A stretch of DNA of 24,000 nt from Candidatus Binataceae bacterium (GTDB taxonomy: Bacteria > Desulfobacterota > Binatia > Binatales > Binataceae). Below the pieces are notes generated by a model. It was not told the DNA's origin. It was given only the letters and a program-made list of their open reading frames with translations, and did no database searches. A program made the translations under genes and the position numbers. Shown here piece after piece: positions 22,035 through 24,000 of this stretch. Each line of letters begins with the position of its first letter. The stretch's first letter is position 1. The stretch lies in NCBI GenBank assembly GCA_052146355.1, contig JBKQNE010000082.1, positions 1 through 24,000 of the forward strand, given 5' to 3'.

Positions 22035-23806
22035 TCTGTAACTCTTTCCTGGGGAGTCTCGAATCCTTTTGTACGTAGACCTCGTCCCCGCTGCCATATT
22101 TGCCAGTAGGGCCCCCGTTCTACCAATACCCAGCCGTCCTTGAGGTAGGTGGGCAGCGGCTGGTCTGTTCGAAGCGCAGCGTATTGCACGCCGTAGGTGT
22201 CCAGAAACTTGCGGAAGTCGTTCGAAACCTCGTCGAAAGCACGGACAAACGGATCAATCGGTTGGTTGGCTCCCCCTAAATCCGTCATGACTCTCGCCTT
22301 AAACTGAGCTCGATCGGTAGTGCCACTCATATACTGATTTAAGGCGAATCGGGCGTACAAGTCGGAATTCTTCAGCGCCATGCTTATGTATAACGGCCAG
22401 CCGGCCAGAGCTGTGACGTTGTCTCCAATAACCGCCAGCTGGCAGAAACGATCATCGCCCCCAATCATCGCGCGCGGGTTGAGCGCAACCAGTTTTCGTC
22501 TCAGCCGCTGTTCTTTGTACTGCGAATAGTCTCGGAGCTGTTCGCGCAAGTCTGTCGCCTGGCGTAGGTCCAGAGTTGAAACGTAGAGCCCCGATAGAAA
22601 AAAGAAGACAACCCATATCCCCCACAGCCAACCGAATGGTCGAGGGAGTCGGCCCCGTTGAATCAGAACGCTCGCGGCCGCCAGGCATAAGAGAACCGAA
22701 AAAATCGCGCCGGCAAACCGGCAAACCACCCCCAGTGATAGTCGTGCAGGTAGATACCACTCGCCCTGGAACTGTAGCTCAGCACGAATGCCACCACGGC
22801 GAGACACCACAGGTAGATGAGCTGCTGATTCCTGGAGACCAGGAACCACACTGCCAACGCCACCAAGAGGCAGGGAATCAAAATAACGTCGTGACCGCCC
22901 AACGCGCCGATCGCATCCGGCTGCCTGAACCGAACGAACAGTCCAAACCGGGCTACTCCTTCCGCGGAAAGTTCGTGCCGCACCAACATGTCGTGCACGA
23001 TCGCGGGGGCCCCGGCCAGAAAGCCGAAGGCGAACGTCTTCGCGTAGACATCTCGATTTTTCCTGTCGACGAGAAACGCCGCCACGAGCGCAGCCGCTGC
23101 CATCGTCCAAACGTAGAAATACACGTAGAACAACAACCCGAAACTGAGTCCCGAGATCAATATGCGGCGGCGATCTGAACTGTTTCTTGCGGCGGCAACG
23201 GCGAGGATGTGCAGAAAAACAAACGGGAGGTCGACCGCGGGATTAACCAGGCGGAATTGAAAGAGTTCCAGGTTCAGGTACTGATGAGGATGGAATAATC
23301 CGCCAACCAGAACCCGGATCTGATGAATGAATGGATGATAGTCCGAACCGTCGGCAAGAAACGTTATAGCCAGTCCCGCGGATAGCCATCGCCATCGCAG
23401 GAAATACCAGAACAGACTATATAACGTCGCCGCCATCGCTACCGATGCGAAGACGGTCCATATTATCGCAATCGAGAACACATTTAGGCCGAGTGCGCGT
23501 GCAAGATAAACTGCTGGGACATACTGCAACCACGGATAAAGGATCGCGCCCCCCCGGAACCGAAGGGTCACTCAAATAAGGGGCCTCGCCAAAGTACGGC
23601 TGCGCCGCGATCTGAAGGTAATACGCGATCTCACCCTGATTTGGAGCGGACCAATCTCCGGTCTGCTGCTTTCCGTAGAGAAAAGGGGCAAGACCCAAAG
23701 CCAGCGAGGCCGCAACTACGCAAATCATCGACAAGAAATGTCCGCGCACGGTTGCGGCAGAGTCAGCCGCGCCGTCAGCGAGGATATGAGATCCGGTGTT
23801 CTGCAC
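22031..23806 (-). pseudogene. tandem paralog of the 20250-22034 membrane protein, disrupted by two frameshifts
   Basis: Three track ORFs are collinear with the intact paralog: 23417-23806, 22663-23571 and the C-terminal part of 22031-23110. The matching segments are LGLAPFLYGKQQTGDWSAPNQ, LYPWLQYVPAVYLARALG...FWYFLRWRW...HDYHW and SVLLCLAAAS...GWVLVERGPYWQIWQR. The frame breaks lie at a C7 run (23549-23555) and at a tandem 8-bp duplication GGCAAACC x2 (22712-22727). Confidence 0.8.
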
Positions 23807-23836
23807 TATCAGCGGCGATACGTGCTGTAGTCCGAA

Positions 23837-24000
23837 CTATTTCGCCGCCGCTGTTCCACCGGGCTGCACGTCGTACGGGCGCATCATCTCGTTGTCCTCA
23901 TGCTCGAGGATATGGCAATGCCATACGTAACGGCCGGTGAACCCCTCAAACTTCATGATTATTCGAACAACCATTCCCGGCGGTACGCAGACCGTATCTT
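23837..24000 (-). CDS. multicopper oxidase, C-terminal end only (5' part outside window)
   Basis: Not in the ORF track because it is too short. The minus strand reads ...GRYVWHCHILEHEDNEMMRPYDVQPGGTAAAK then TAG (23839-23837). HCHxxxHxxxxM is the C-terminal T1/T3 copper-ligand signature of multicopper oxidases. Confidence 0.7.
   Translation of the reverse strand, partial: DTVCVPPGMVVRIIMKFEGFTGRYVWHCHILEHEDNEMMRPYDVQPGGTAAAK

Noticed and set aside
22031-23110. Treating the 359-aa track ORF as an intact gene
   Set aside because: Only its C-terminal part, downstream of about 22727, is homologous to the intact paralog. The N-terminal part is an out-of-frame read-through of the pseudogene's middle segment.

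Overview
High-GC bacterial chromosomal window, probably from an uncultured soil or sediment lineage. It holds about 24 real genes. I saw no rRNA, tRNA, CRISPR array, transposase or integrase. All family assignments are by-eye motif recognition; no searches were run.

The centrepiece is a tightly packed, co-directional 8-gene unit on the + strand (about 9391-16356):
- a monohaem cytochrome c
- a Tat-exported small subunit
- a GMC-family FAD dehydrogenase
- a Sco1/SenC copper chaperone fused to an extra N-terminal periplasmic domain
- a pmoC-pmoA-(small orf)-pmoB copper membrane monooxygenase (CuMMO, PmoCAB/AmoCAB family)

The CuB, CuC and CuD metal ligands of the CuMMO are all conserved in spacing. 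An extra roughly 109-aa membrane ORF between pmoA and pmoB is translationally coupled to pmoB. The substrate (methane, ammonia or short alkane) cannot be read from the sequence.

Other content, in order along the window:
- 1-1730: a partial ABC-2 permease, a haem-binding lipoprotein and a YceI-like protein.
- 1846-5241: a sulfotransferase, a SAM methyltransferase, an NTF2-like protein and an epimerase/dehydratase.
- 5409-8468: a secreted GH5 cellulase with two CBM2 modules, divergent from a TetR regulator.
- 8437-9032: a small frameshifted gene bracketed by 33-nt direct repeats.
- 16442-18858: an LLM flavin oxidoreductase, SDR and MAPEG operon convergent on the CuMMO.
- 19100-20005: a 6PGDH-like NAD(P) oxidoreductase.
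- 20250-24000: a lower-GC block on the minus strand. It has the 3' end of a multicopper oxidase, then two tandem paralogs of a large polytopic membrane protein. The upstream paralog is inactivated by a homopolymer +1 and an 8-bp tandem duplication.

Many long ORFs in the six-frame track are antisense or out-of-frame shadows of real genes, as expected at high GC, and were rejected.
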